Positions 39,339-47,788 are shown, numbered from the stretch's first letter. The stretch is DNA of 64,000 nt from an uncultured Acidobacteriota bacterium (GCA_963803995.1 CAWDOT010000004.1:91093-155092), one strand, 5' to 3'. Notes: generated by a model from the sequence alone, not told the origin. Numbers and translations: made by a program.

Positions 39339-39704
39339 ATGTCCCGTCTCGACCTCGACCTGCCGCACGTCGCCCTCGACGCCGAGGGCTTTCTGGTCGA
39401 CGAGCTCGCCTGGACCCCCGAGGTCGCCGAAGACCTGGCGCGCGCGAGCGGCCTGGCGCGCCTGACGTCTGGGCACTGGAAGGTCCTCTTCTGCTGCCGC
39501 GAGGCGAGCGCGCGCGACGGACGCGCGCCTTCGCTCGCGAACCTCTCGCGGCTCGCCGGGATGGCTCCGGCGGAGCTCCGGGAGCTCTTTCCGACACGGA
39601 CCGAGGCGCTGGTCGCCCGCATCGCGGGACTGCCCAGGCCGCTCCTGTCCGTCGCCGGCTCGTCGAATCCCCCAATCGAGAAGAACCAGGGAGTCGTCCG
39701 ATGA
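39339..39704 (+). CDS. TusE/DsrC-family sulfur-relay-like protein lacking the usual C-terminal Cys as read
   Basis: Family pattern: GFLVDELAWTPEVAEDLARASGL-RLTSGHWKVLFCCRE...LRELFP...ARIAGLPRP. The usual P-x-x-C-x end is replaced by LLSVAGSSNPPIEKNQGVVR. Confidence 0.6.
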   Translation: MSRLDLDLPHVALDAEGFLVDELAWTPEVAEDLARASGLARLTSGHWKVLFCCREASARDGRAPSLANLSRLAGMAPAELRELFPTRTEALVARIAGLPRPLLSVAGSSNPPIEKNQGVVR

Positions 39705-41009
39705 AACCAGCGCATCGTCTCGCCCTCGCCGGGTTGGCGCTCGCGGCCCTCGCCACCGCCGCGCACGCCACCAACGGCCTCTACCTGACCGGCTACGGCG
39801 CAGAAGCGATGGGCCGCGCCGGCGCCAGCCTCGCGATCTCGGATCGCACGCTCGGCCTCAACGCCAACCCGGCCGGCATCGCCCAGCTCCAGGGCGACCA
39901 CTTCACCGCCAGCCTCGCGGTGATGGCGCCGTCGCTCGAGTTCGAGAACATGGTCGAACGGCCCGACCGACGCCGAGAGCCGCTACTTCCCGCTGCCCGC
40001 CTTCGCCTGGGTCCGCTCCGGCAAGGAAACACCCTGGGCCTGGGGCGTCGGCTTCATCGCGCAGGGGGGCATGGGCGCGACCTTCAACGAGCTCAACACC
40101 TTCTTCGGCACCCAGGACCAGAGCTACACCCAGGTGCGTTTCATGACGCTGTCGCCGACCGTCGCCTATTCGTTCAGCGAGGACTCGGCGATCGGCGCCA
40201 CGCTCAACCTCGGCTACGCCGACGCCGCGTTCCGGCTCTTCCCGTCGACCTCCTTCTTCAACACCCAGAATCCGGCGATGAGCTTCTTCGGGCCGAAAAT
40301 GGAGGATGCCGCAGGACTGCAGACCAGCCTCCGTCTGGGCTGGTGGTGGCGCCCCGCGCAGCGCTGGACGCTCGGCGCGATGTACCAGACCGAAACCGAT
40401 TCGACCTTCGAGGACGGCAAGCTGTCCGTCAACTTCGAGGCGATGCCGGGTCTCGGGCAGGCCGTGCGCTATGACGCGGAGATGAACGGCTTCACCTTCG
40501 CCGCGCAGGCCGGCGTCGGCACCGCCTTTCGCGCCACCGACGACTGGCTGATCGCTTTCGACGTCAAGCGCTACTTCTGGGACGACGCCCTCGACACCAT
40601 CTCGGTGGTCGGCACCGACCCCTCGGTGGCCGGCGCGCCGCCGCAGGTCAACCTGGACTTCGTGTTCGACTGGCAGGACCAGTGGGTGCTGGCGCTCGCC
40701 ACGGAGTACCGGCTGAACGAGCGCACCACGCTGCGCGCGGGCTGGAACTACGGCGAGAACCCGGTGCCCGACGAGACGCTGACGCCGCTCTTCCCCGCCA
40801 CCACCGAGCACCACCTCGCGATTGGCGCCAGTCACCTGCGCGGCAGCGTCACCTACGAGTGGGCGATCGAGCACGCCTTCAACGCCTCGAACACCAACAA
40901 CAACCCCAACCCGATGGTCAACCCATTCGGCCCCGGCACTCGCGTCGACCACAGCCAGTGGACGGTCGTCTTCGGCGTCTCCTGGGCCAAGGCGCGAAAC
41001 AAGGGCTGA
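39701..41009 (+). pseudogene. FadL/OmpP1/TodX-family outer-membrane channel for hydrophobic substrates; one frame switch near 39960 as assembled
   Basis: ATGA overlap with the tusE-like gene. Signal peptide (LALAALATAAHA), N-terminal hatch-like TNGLYLTGYGAEAMGRAGASLA, alternating beta-strand pattern, and a C-terminal ...QWTVVFGVSWAKA aromatic end. Confidence 0.65.
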
Positions 41010-41023
41010 GAGAGGAGCGCGCC

Positions 41024-41410
41024 ATGAGACCGCATCGCATCGTCCTCGCCGCAACCGCCACCCTGGGGCTCGCCGCGCTCTTCACCGCCACGCTCGCCTC
41101 CGGCACCGAGGCGCTGGGCAAGCAGGAAGGGCTCGAGTGCACGGCCTGCCACGACAAGCCGGGCAGCAAGCTGCTCACCGACCAGGGCAAGTACTTCGAG
41201 ACCGTGCGCACCCTCGACGGCTATGCCGAGCTCAAGTCGACGTTCGGCAAGTGCACCAACTGCCACGTCGCGAAGCCCGGCTCGAAGAAGCTCACCAAGG
41301 AGGGCAAGCGCTTCCAGGAGATGGTGAAGGACATGGCCGGCCTCGGCGAGTGGATGAAGGAGCACCATCCGACCCCGCCGGCGCCGCAGGCGCCTGAACC
41401 CAAGCCCTGA
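41024..41410 (+). CDS. Small periplasmic diheme c-type cytochrome (internal tandem repeat)
   Basis: Signal peptide, then two CXXCH motifs in repeated context: CTACHDKPGSKLLTDQGKYFE and CTNCHVAKPGSKKLTKEGKRFQE. Confidence 0.7.
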   Translation: MRPHRIVLAATATLGLAALFTATLASGTEALGKQEGLECTACHDKPGSKLLTDQGKYFETVRTLDGYAELKSTFGKCTNCHVAKPGSKKLTKEGKRFQEMVKDMAGLGEWMKEHHPTPPAPQAPEPKP

Positions 41411-41520
41411 ACCTGCAGGAATCCGACTCCGCTTCCCCGAGGGCCGGCCCCGCGCCGGCCCTCTCCGTATTCGGCCGCGCCTCGTCCACCGGCGATGCGC
41501 GCGTCATCGAGGCGAATCGC

Positions 41521-41841
41521 AAGAGGAAGAAGAAGAAGAAGAAGAAGAAGAGAACAGAGAAAGAAACATGCCCATAGAAGGGGCTGGTGCGGTGGCCGCC
41601 GCTGCGCGAGGGACGCTGGTGCCCTTCTCCGCGCTGCGCCAGACGCCTTCGGGCGGGCGGCCTCTGGCTGAAGTCGAGGTTTCCAGCTCCCACGCTCCGG
41701 CCCCGGGAGTTCACTCGCCGGAAGACTCCGCAGGGCCCGGCCCGGCCTGGCCTGTCCTGTCCTGGCCTGAACGCTCCGCGCGGCGAGATCGCCACGCTCG
41801 ACTCACGGCCGCTCCGCCGACCTCTTCCTTCTTCTATGGGC
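41521..41841 (+). repeat. Polypurine-tract + long-range inverted-repeat intergenic element, copy 3 of 3 (contains (AAG)8 microsatellite)
   Basis: AAGAGG(AAG)8AGAACAGAGAAAGAAACA lies at 41521-41567. CCCATAGAAGGGG is at 41571-41583 and the complement CTTCTATGGG(C) at 41831-41841. The interior contains CAGGGCCCGGCCCGGCC. Confidence 0.8.
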
Positions 41842-41902
41842 TTTTCGTCCGGGATCGCCCGGATGTTCCGAAGGCCGCGGCTCCGGCCTGCCGCGGTTCG
41901 CG

Positions 41903-43132
41903 CTAGCGCAGGCGGTCCTGGAGGCGGTCGAGGAGCTGGTCGAGGCGATGGATCGTCTCGACGCCGCTCGCGTGCTCGCGGGGCTCCGCCGGCACTCCGA
42001 CGCCTTCCCAGAGGTCGCGATCCGGGTCCTCCAGGACGTCCTTGCGGAGCTTCGCGCCGTGGCGGCGGAGAATCGGCGCCAGCTTGTCGAAGCGCGCGAG
42101 CAGGTCGCGCCGCGTCGCCTGGTAGGCGTGGGCGGCCACGGCGCGCCGCGCCGAGAAGCTGAAGACGTTCGTGAAGAACATCTTGTAGTCGCCGCGCGAG
42201 GGCTCGAGGAGGATCACGTCGGCGTTCGGGTAGCGCTTCTCGTAGGCCGCCATGCCGACGGCGAGCCGTGAGTGGATCAGGGTGCGGAAGGTCTGCGAGA
42301 GCACCGTCGGCAACCCGCGCCGGACCAGCTGCCGCTCGCTCAGTCCGCCGAGGGCGTCCGCCTCGGTGAGGTCGACCGGCACGATCGGGTTGATGCAGAT
42401 CAGCAGCTTTGCGCCATGGTTGAGCGCCACCGACGCGTGCAGGGTCTTCAGCAGCACGCCGTCGGCGTAGAAGCGGCCGTCGATCTCGACCGGCGGATAG
42501 AGGCCCGGCAGCGAGGACGAGGCCTGCACGGCGCGCGAGATCGGCACGTGGTCCCAGCCCGGCTCGCCGAAACGCACGGCGTTGCCGGAGTCGAGCTCCG
42601 CCGCGACGATGTAGAGGGCGTGTCTGAGCTCGCGGAAGTCGTCGGTCCGACCCGGGATCGAGTAGATGCCGCGCAGATAGGCCCGGATCGGCTCGTTGTC
42701 GAAGACCCCGACCGGCAGCGCCCGCGACAGCCGCGTCATCGAGTCGGTCAGCGTGCGGTCGTCGGGGTCGCGCGCGAACTGCGCGAACGCCTGCGAGATC
42801 AGCCTGGGGACCGAGAGGCCCCGGCGCACGAACTCGCCGACCGCCGGCGTGAAGAACGTCTCGGGGGTGAAGGGGTGCTCGCCCGGCTCGTGCTTGACGA
42901 TGGCGCGGCACATCTGCGCCGTGGTCAGGCCGTTGACGAGATTGGCGGCGATGAACGCGCCGGCGGAGACGCCGACGTAGACGAAGAGGTCGTTGAGGTC
43001 GAGCCCCTCGATCGCCTCGTCGAGCGCCCGCAGGGCGCCGATCTCGTAGATGGCGCCTTCCGGACCGCCGCCCGCCAGGGCGAGGCCGACCTTCGGGTCC
43101 TCGGCCTTCTTCCTGCGGGCGGCGGTGGCCAT
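41903..43132 (-). CDS. Patatin-like phospholipase
   Basis: Oxyanion-hole GGGPEGAIYEIG and nucleophile elbow GVSAG, with a downstream DG(V) dyad context (FYADGVLLK). 409 aa, uninterrupted. Confidence 0.8.
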   Translation of the reverse strand: MATAARRKKAEDPKVGLALAGGGPEGAIYEIGALRALDEAIEGLDLNDLFVYVGVSAGAFIAANLVNGLTTAQMCRAIVKHEPGEHPFTPETFFTPAVGEFVRRGLSVPRLISQAFAQFARDPDDRTLTDSMTRLSRALPVGVFDNEPIRAYLRGIYSIPGRTDDFRELRHALYIVAAELDSGNAVRFGEPGWDHVPISRAVQASSSLPGLYPPVEIDGRFYADGVLLKTLHASVALNHGAKLLICINPIVPVDLTEADALGGLSERQLVRRGLPTVLSQTFRTLIHSRLAVGMAAYEKRYPNADVILLEPSRGDYKMFFTNVFSFSARRAVAAHAYQATRRDLLARFDKLAPILRRHGAKLRKDVLEDPDRDLWEGVGVPAEPREHASGVETIHRLDQLLDRLQDRLR

Positions 43133-43136
43133 GGGA

Positions 43137-43568
43137 TCAGCGCGTCCGGCGGGGTGCTGCCGCCTTCTTGCGCGGCGCCGGCCGCTTGCGGCGAGCCTTG
43201 GACTCGACCAGCGCGGTCAGCTCCTCGACGCGGCGGGTGAGGTTCGAGATCTCGTCCCGGCTCGGCACGCCGATCTTGCGCAGCGTCCCGGCGACCTTGT
43301 CGTCCCAGACGTCTTCGACTTTGCCCCAGGCGCCGGTGGCGCCCTGGCGGGCCTTGCCCGCGACGTCGCCGACCTGGTCGCGCAGCCCCTCGAGCTTGCC
43401 CTTGGCCTTCGACTCATAGGCCTCGCCCTTCTTGACCAGGTTCTTGAACAGCTTGCCGCCCTCCTCCTCGGCGGTCGCGAGGGCGCCCAGCCCGGCCAGC
43501 CAGATCCGCTGGGCCGATTCCTTCACGTTCTTCTGCATGTCCTCGACGTCGATCTTCTTCTTGGCCAT
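43137..43568 (-). CDS. Phasin (PHA-granule-associated protein, TIGR01837-like)
   Basis: AGGAGG upstream. IWLAGLGALATAEEEGGKLFKNLVKKGE ... GVPSRDEISNLTRRVEELT, with a basic tail. Confidence 0.75.
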   Translation of the reverse strand: MAKKKIDVEDMQKNVKESAQRIWLAGLGALATAEEEGGKLFKNLVKKGEAYESKAKGKLEGLRDQVGDVAGKARQGATGAWGKVEDVWDDKVAGTLRKIGVPSRDEISNLTRRVEELTALVESKARRKRPAPRKKAAAPRRTR

Positions 43569-43620
43569 TTCAAGCCTCCTTTCGAGGCGTGGATTCGGTG
43601 ACTTCGGTTGGAGGCTCGAC

Positions 43621-43995
43621 TCAGCGCAGGCTCTCGGCCAGCTTCTCGACGCGGCGGGTCAGCTCCTGCACCTCGCGGCGCGACGGCACGCCCAGGCGGC
43701 CCAGAACGACCGCGACCTGGTCCTCGACCACGACGCCGACCTCGCGGCCGACCTTCCTGGCCTGCCGGCGGGCCGTGTCGACCGCCTTCTCGGCCTCGGC
43801 GACGGGGGCGAAGCGCGAGCGCCTGCCCTTGGTGACCATGCGGTCGAACGTGCTCGCGGCATTCTCCTCGACGGTGGCGAACAGGCCAAGACCGGCGAGC
43901 CAGACCTGCCGGCCGAGCGCGGCGGCTTCGGTGCCCAGGTTGGTGAGCGGGGCGGGCATCTCGCGCAGGCTCTGCGGGATCTCGATGCGGATCAT
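43621..43995 (-). CDS. Phasin-family protein, second copy
   Basis: VWLAGLGLFATVEENAASTFDRMVTKG ... GVPSRREVQELTRRVEKLAESL. ATGA overlap with the phaR stop. Confidence 0.7.
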   Translation of the reverse strand: MIRIEIPQSLREMPAPLTNLGTEAAALGRQVWLAGLGLFATVEENAASTFDRMVTKGRRSRFAPVAEAEKAVDTARRQARKVGREVGVVVEDQVAVVLGRLGVPSRREVQELTRRVEKLAESLR

Positions 43996-44501
43996 GACGA
44001 TTCTCCCTTCTTGCGCCGCTCGCGGCGCGCGACGGTCGTGGTGGACGCCGCGGCGCGCGGAACCGCGCGCCGGGCGGAGGGCTTCGAGGGTTGGTCCTCC
44101 TCGAGGCGGGTGAGGGAGCTCTCGAGCTCTTCGAGTCGGCTGCGCAGGCGGTCCATCTCCTCGCGGGCGCGGCGAACCGGCCCGAGGCGGTCGATCGAGG
44201 CCTGGAAGAAGCGGTCCACCCGGTGCTGGACCTGCTCGACGCCGGTCTCGACCGCGCGCTGGCCGGCCCGCACCAGCTCGTGCAGCAGCTCGGTGGGCAG
44301 GAATGCGGTGCCCCGGCGGCCCTCGTCGAGGATGATCTGGGTCAGCGTCTGGGAGGAGACGTCGGCTCCGGTCGCGTTGTCGACGACCTGGACCTCGGCA
44401 CCGGCCCGGATCCACTCGGCGAGCTCGTCGAGCGAGACGTAACGGCTCTCCTCGGTGTCGTAGAGCTTGCGGCTCTCGTAGCGCTTGATCAGACGGGCCA
44501 T
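43992..44501 (-). CDS. phaR: Polyhydroxyalkanoate synthesis repressor PhaR
   Basis: Diagnostic N-terminus MARLIKRYESRKLYDTEESRYVSLDELAEWIRAG and a C-terminal coiled-coil/basic region. Confidence 0.85.
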   Translation of the reverse strand: MARLIKRYESRKLYDTEESRYVSLDELAEWIRAGAEVQVVDNATGADVSSQTLTQIILDEGRRGTAFLPTELLHELVRAGQRAVETGVEQVQHRVDRFFQASIDRLGPVRRAREEMDRLRSRLEELESSLTRLEEDQPSKPSARRAVPRAAASTTTVARRERRKKGESS

Positions 44502-44521
44502 GGCTTCCTCGCTCCAGGAGT

Positions 44522-44603
44522 CTTGCCGCAATGCGGCAGCTGCGATAGGATGATTCCGCGGCGCGGCAAGAAAGTCAAGAGCTTTGCGCCGCACTGCGGC
44601 AAG
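44522..44603. promoter_or_regulatory. Candidate PhaR operator region: repeated TGCGGCA(A/G) half-sites / imperfect palindromes in the phaR upstream region
   Basis: CTTGCCGCAATGCGGCAG (44522-44539), CGCGGCAAG (44562-44570), TTGCGCCGCACTGCGGCAAG (44584-44603). They lie between divergent phaR and the first secreted paralog. Confidence 0.35.
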
Positions 44604-44729
44604 ATGGACCCACCCCAAGGGATGGTGCCCTAGCATTTTTTGAAGGTAACCTGTACAGTATCGGCGCGCAGGGGCGTCCTGCGGATTTGCCGGACCGTGA
44701 ACACGAAGGATCGCGACAAGGAGATGATT

Positions 44730-45959
44730 TTGAAGAAAGCACTGCTCGCCCTGCTGCTCGGCCTCGCCATGGCCGGAGGCGCCAACGCCGCCACGTGTAC
44801 GATCGACCAGGTGCCGGGCGCCACGCTGCTGCTGCCGTATTTCGAAGTCGACATCGCGAACCCGGCCGGCGTGGACACCCTGTTCACGATCAACAACGCC
44901 TCGGCGACCGCCGTCCTGACCCACGTCATCGTGTGGACCGACATGTCCGTCGAGGCCCTCGACTTCAACATCTACCTGACCGGCTACGACATGCAGACGG
45001 TCAGCATGGGCCTGATCATCCGTGACGGCATCCTCCCGGTCACCGCGACCGACGGCCAGGACCCGACGGACACCATCAGCCCCCAGGGCATCTTCTCGCA
45101 GGACATCAACTTCGCCTCCTGCAACGGCTTCTTCCCGTACGACGAGCCGGCGCTCGACGCGGACTTCCTCGACCACCTGCAGTCGATCCTGACCGGCGGC
45201 GTCTCGTCGATCTATGGCAACTGCGGCGGCGCGGACTACGGCGACGGCATCGCCCGCGGCTACGTGACGGTCGACACGATGAACTCGTGCACGCTGCTGC
45301 GCCCCTGCGACGCCGGCTACCTCTCCGCCATCGCTTTCCAGAACGTCCTCTGGGGCAACTGGTACATGGTCGAGGGCGACGAGAACTTCGCCCAGGGCGA
45401 CGCGATGGTCGCGCTCGAGGCCTTTCCCACCCAGGTTCCGCAGCCCTATCCGTTCGTGAACGGCACCTTCTGGGGCCGCTGCGTCGGTGGCGGGATCTAC
45501 GGCGACTACCGCGAGCCGCTGCCCAGCATCTTCGCTTCGGTGTTCTACGACAACGCGGCGTTCACGGGCGGCACCGACCTGCTGGTGTGGCGCGACTCGA
45601 ACACCCCGTCGACCGACGGCTTCAGCTGCGCCGCCGGCCCGAACTGGTACCCGATCCCGCAGAACGCGGTCATCGTGTTCGACGAGCAGGAGAACCCGGA
45701 AGAGGGCGGCTGCACGATCTCGCCCTGCCCGGAGGAGGACATCTACTTCCCGATCGAGGCGCAGCGCGTCCCGGTCGCCGCGCTCGGCGGCACGCCGGAG
45801 TCGGGCTGGACGCTGCTCGACCTGAACCAGTTCGCCGACTACGGGCAGGCCTGGGTGGTTTCGGTGTTCAAGGCCGAGGGCCGCTACTCCGCGGGCATCG
45901 CGGCGGCGCAGCCGGTTTCGACCTGCCAGCCGTACCTGAACCTGCGGTTCGCCGACTGA
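44730..45959 (+). CDS. Secreted Cys-rich hypothetical protein, tandem paralog 1 (alternative start ATG 44724)
   Basis: AAGGAG at 44718-44723. Signal peptide KKALLALLLGLAMAGGANA, then ATCTIDQVPGATLLLPYFEVD.... About 10 Cys. I recognise no family. Confidence 0.7.
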   Translation: MKKALLALLLGLAMAGGANAATCTIDQVPGATLLLPYFEVDIANPAGVDTLFTINNASATAVLTHVIVWTDMSVEALDFNIYLTGYDMQTVSMGLIIRDGILPVTATDGQDPTDTISPQGIFSQDINFASCNGFFPYDEPALDADFLDHLQSILTGGVSSIYGNCGGADYGDGIARGYVTVDTMNSCTLLRPCDAGYLSAIAFQNVLWGNWYMVEGDENFAQGDAMVALEAFPTQVPQPYPFVNGTFWGRCVGGGIYGDYREPLPSIFASVFYDNAAFTGGTDLLVWRDSNTPSTDGFSCAAGPNWYPIPQNAVIVFDEQENPEEGGCTISPCPEEDIYFPIEAQRVPVAALGGTPESGWTLLDLNQFADYGQAWVVSVFKAEGRYSAGIAAAQPVSTCQPYLNLRFAD

Positions 45960-46020
45960 GTCCAGCTGTCCGCACTTTAAGACTTTGTTCACGAAGCAAC
46001 TCTTACAGGGAGAAGAGAAC

Positions 46021-47247
46021 TTGAGAAAAGCAATCCTCGCAGTGCTCCTCGGCGTCGCTGTCGCCGGGGGCGCCAACGCCGCCACGTGTACGATCGACCA
46101 GGTGCCGGGCGCCACGCTGCTGCTGCCGTATTTCGAAGTCGACATCGCGAACCCGGCCGGCGTGGACACCCTGTTCACGATCAACAACGCCTCGGCGACC
46201 GCCGTCCTGACCCACGTCATCGTGTGGACCGACATGTCCGTCGAGGCCCTCGACTTCAACATCTACCTGACCGGCTACGACATGCAGACGGTCAGCATGG
46301 GCCTGATCATCCGTGACGGCATCCTCCCGGTCACCGCTTCGGCCGGCCAGGATCCGACGGACGGCATCAGCCCGCAGGGCATCTTCTCGCAGGACATCAA
46401 CTTCGCCTCCTGCAACGGCTTCTTCCCGTACGACGAGCCGGCGCTCGACGCGGACTTCCTCGACCACCTGCAGTCGATCCTGACCGGCGGCGTCTCGTCG
46501 ATCTACGGCAACTGCGGCGGCGCGGACTACGGCGACGGCATCGCCCGCGGCTACGTGACGGTCGACACGATGAACTCGTGCACGCTGCTGCGCCCCTGCG
46601 ACGCCGGCTACCTCTCCGCCATCACTTTCCAGAACGTCCTCTGGGGCAACTGGTACATGGTCGAGGGCGACCAGAACTTCGCCCAGGGCGACGCGATGGT
46701 CGCGCTCGAGGCCTTCCCCACCCAGGTTCCGCAGCCCTATCCGTTCGTGAACGGCACCTTCTGGGGCCGCTGCGTCGGTGGCGGGATCTACGGCGACTAC
46801 CGCGAGCCGCTGCCCAGCATCGCGGCGGCGCTCTACTACGACAACGCGGCGTTCACCGGCGGCACGGACTACCTGGTGTGGCGCGACTCGAACGCCCCGT
46901 CGACCGACGGCTTCAGCTGCGCCGCCGGCCCGAGCTGGTACCCGCTCGAGCAGAACACCGTCCTGGTGTTCGACGAGCAGGAAAACCCGGAAGAGGGCGG
47001 CTGCACGATCTCGCCCTGCCCGGAGGAGGACATCTACTTCCCGATCGAAGCGCAGCGCGTTCCGGTCTCCCGCTTCGGCGCGACCCCGGAGTCCGGCTGG
47101 ACGCTGATGGACCTCAACATCGCGGGCGACTATCACCAGGCGTGGGTCGTCTCGGTGTTCAAGGCCGAGGGCCGTTACAGCGCGGGCATCGCGGCGGCGC
47201 AGCCGGTTTCCAGCTGCCAGCCGTTCCTCAACCCCCGCCCGAACTGA
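46021..47247 (+). CDS. Secreted Cys-rich hypothetical protein, tandem paralog 2
   Basis: GGGAGAAG precedes TTG 46021. Signal peptide RKAILAVLLGVAVAGGANA. The mature N-terminal ~250 aa are nearly identical to paralog 1, and the C-terminal third is diverged. Confidence 0.7.
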   Translation: MRKAILAVLLGVAVAGGANAATCTIDQVPGATLLLPYFEVDIANPAGVDTLFTINNASATAVLTHVIVWTDMSVEALDFNIYLTGYDMQTVSMGLIIRDGILPVTASAGQDPTDGISPQGIFSQDINFASCNGFFPYDEPALDADFLDHLQSILTGGVSSIYGNCGGADYGDGIARGYVTVDTMNSCTLLRPCDAGYLSAITFQNVLWGNWYMVEGDQNFAQGDAMVALEAFPTQVPQPYPFVNGTFWGRCVGGGIYGDYREPLPSIAAALYYDNAAFTGGTDYLVWRDSNAPSTDGFSCAAGPSWYPLEQNTVLVFDEQENPEEGGCTISPCPEEDIYFPIEAQRVPVSRFGATPESGWTLMDLNIAGDYHQAWVVSVFKAEGRYSAGIAAAQPVSSCQPFLNPRPN

Positions 47248-47286
47248 GTTCAGGAGTCCGGTCAGCCCTCGCGGGTTGCCGGTCGA

Positions 47287-47320
47287 ACGGCCGGGCCATC
47301 AGGCCCGGCCGTTTTTCTTT
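47287..47320 (+). terminator. Rho-independent terminator after the tandem paralogs
   Basis: ACGGCCGGGCC-ATCA-GGCCCGGCCGT followed by TTTTCTTT. Confidence 0.75.
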
Positions 47321-47345
47321 GCCTGCAAACGTCGTCCCGCGAGCG

Positions 47346-47374
47346 TTGAGAGCCTGCGCGCGAGCCGATACAAT
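47346..47374 (+). promoter_or_regulatory. Sigma70-type promoter for the ferredoxin gene
   Basis: TTGAGA, a 17-nt spacer, then TACAAT. It lies about 110 nt upstream of ATG 47486. Confidence 0.5.
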
Positions 47375-47485
47375 CACCCCGGCCCGGCGTCGGTCTCCGC
47401 TCCGCGCGAAGCGGACGCGGTCCGGACGAGGTGGGCCCTGAGCCTGACGGAAGCGCCCCGAGCATCGGACCTACGGGAGAGCGGA

Positions 47486-47740
47486 ATGCCGCACATCATC
47501 ACCGAGCCCTGCATCACCGTGAAGGACACGGCCTGCGTCGACGTCTGCCCCGTCGACTGCATCTACGGCAAGAACGAGGAGTGGGTGCAGCTGTACATCC
47601 AGCCCGAGGAGTGCATCGACTGCGGCCTCTGCATCGATGCCTGCCCGGTCCAGGCGATCTTCCCGGCCGAAGAGGTCCCGGACAAGTGGAAGGACTTCGT
47701 CGCGAAGAACTACGAGCACTTCGGATTGACCCCGCCCTGA
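47486..47740 (+). CDS. Ferredoxin (two Fe-S cluster motifs, 7Fe FdxA-like)
   Basis: CITVKDTACVDVCPVDC and CIDCGLCIDACP. 84 aa. Confidence 0.8.
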   Translation: MPHIITEPCITVKDTACVDVCPVDCIYGKNEEWVQLYIQPEECIDCGLCIDACPVQAIFPAEEVPDKWKDFVAKNYEHFGLTPP

Positions 47741-47788
47741 TCTCGACCCGCCGCGGAACCGCCGCGGCAGGACCCGACCCGGATTGCG

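Noticed and set aside
41521-41577. Possible coding of the polypurine tracts. The + strand reads as Lys/Arg-rich tails that all end ...P-stop at the TAG inside CCCATAG. The - strand reads as short peptides starting ATGGGC (MGCFCCSYFLFLSC, MGFCFFASLSSSC, MGMFLSLFSSSSSSSSSS) that look superficially RiPP-like.
   Set aside because: The amino-acid composition follows automatically from AAG/GAA/AGA codons or their complements. There is no start codon or SD on the + strand, no SD on the - strand, and the frame relative to the upstream genes is inconsistent among the three copies.
44640-44729. The track start (44640, MKVTCTVSARRG...) for the first secreted paralog.
   Set aside because: The upstream extension has no counterpart in paralog 2 and would bury the signal peptide. 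An AAGGAG box at 44718-44723 supports a start at 44724/44730.
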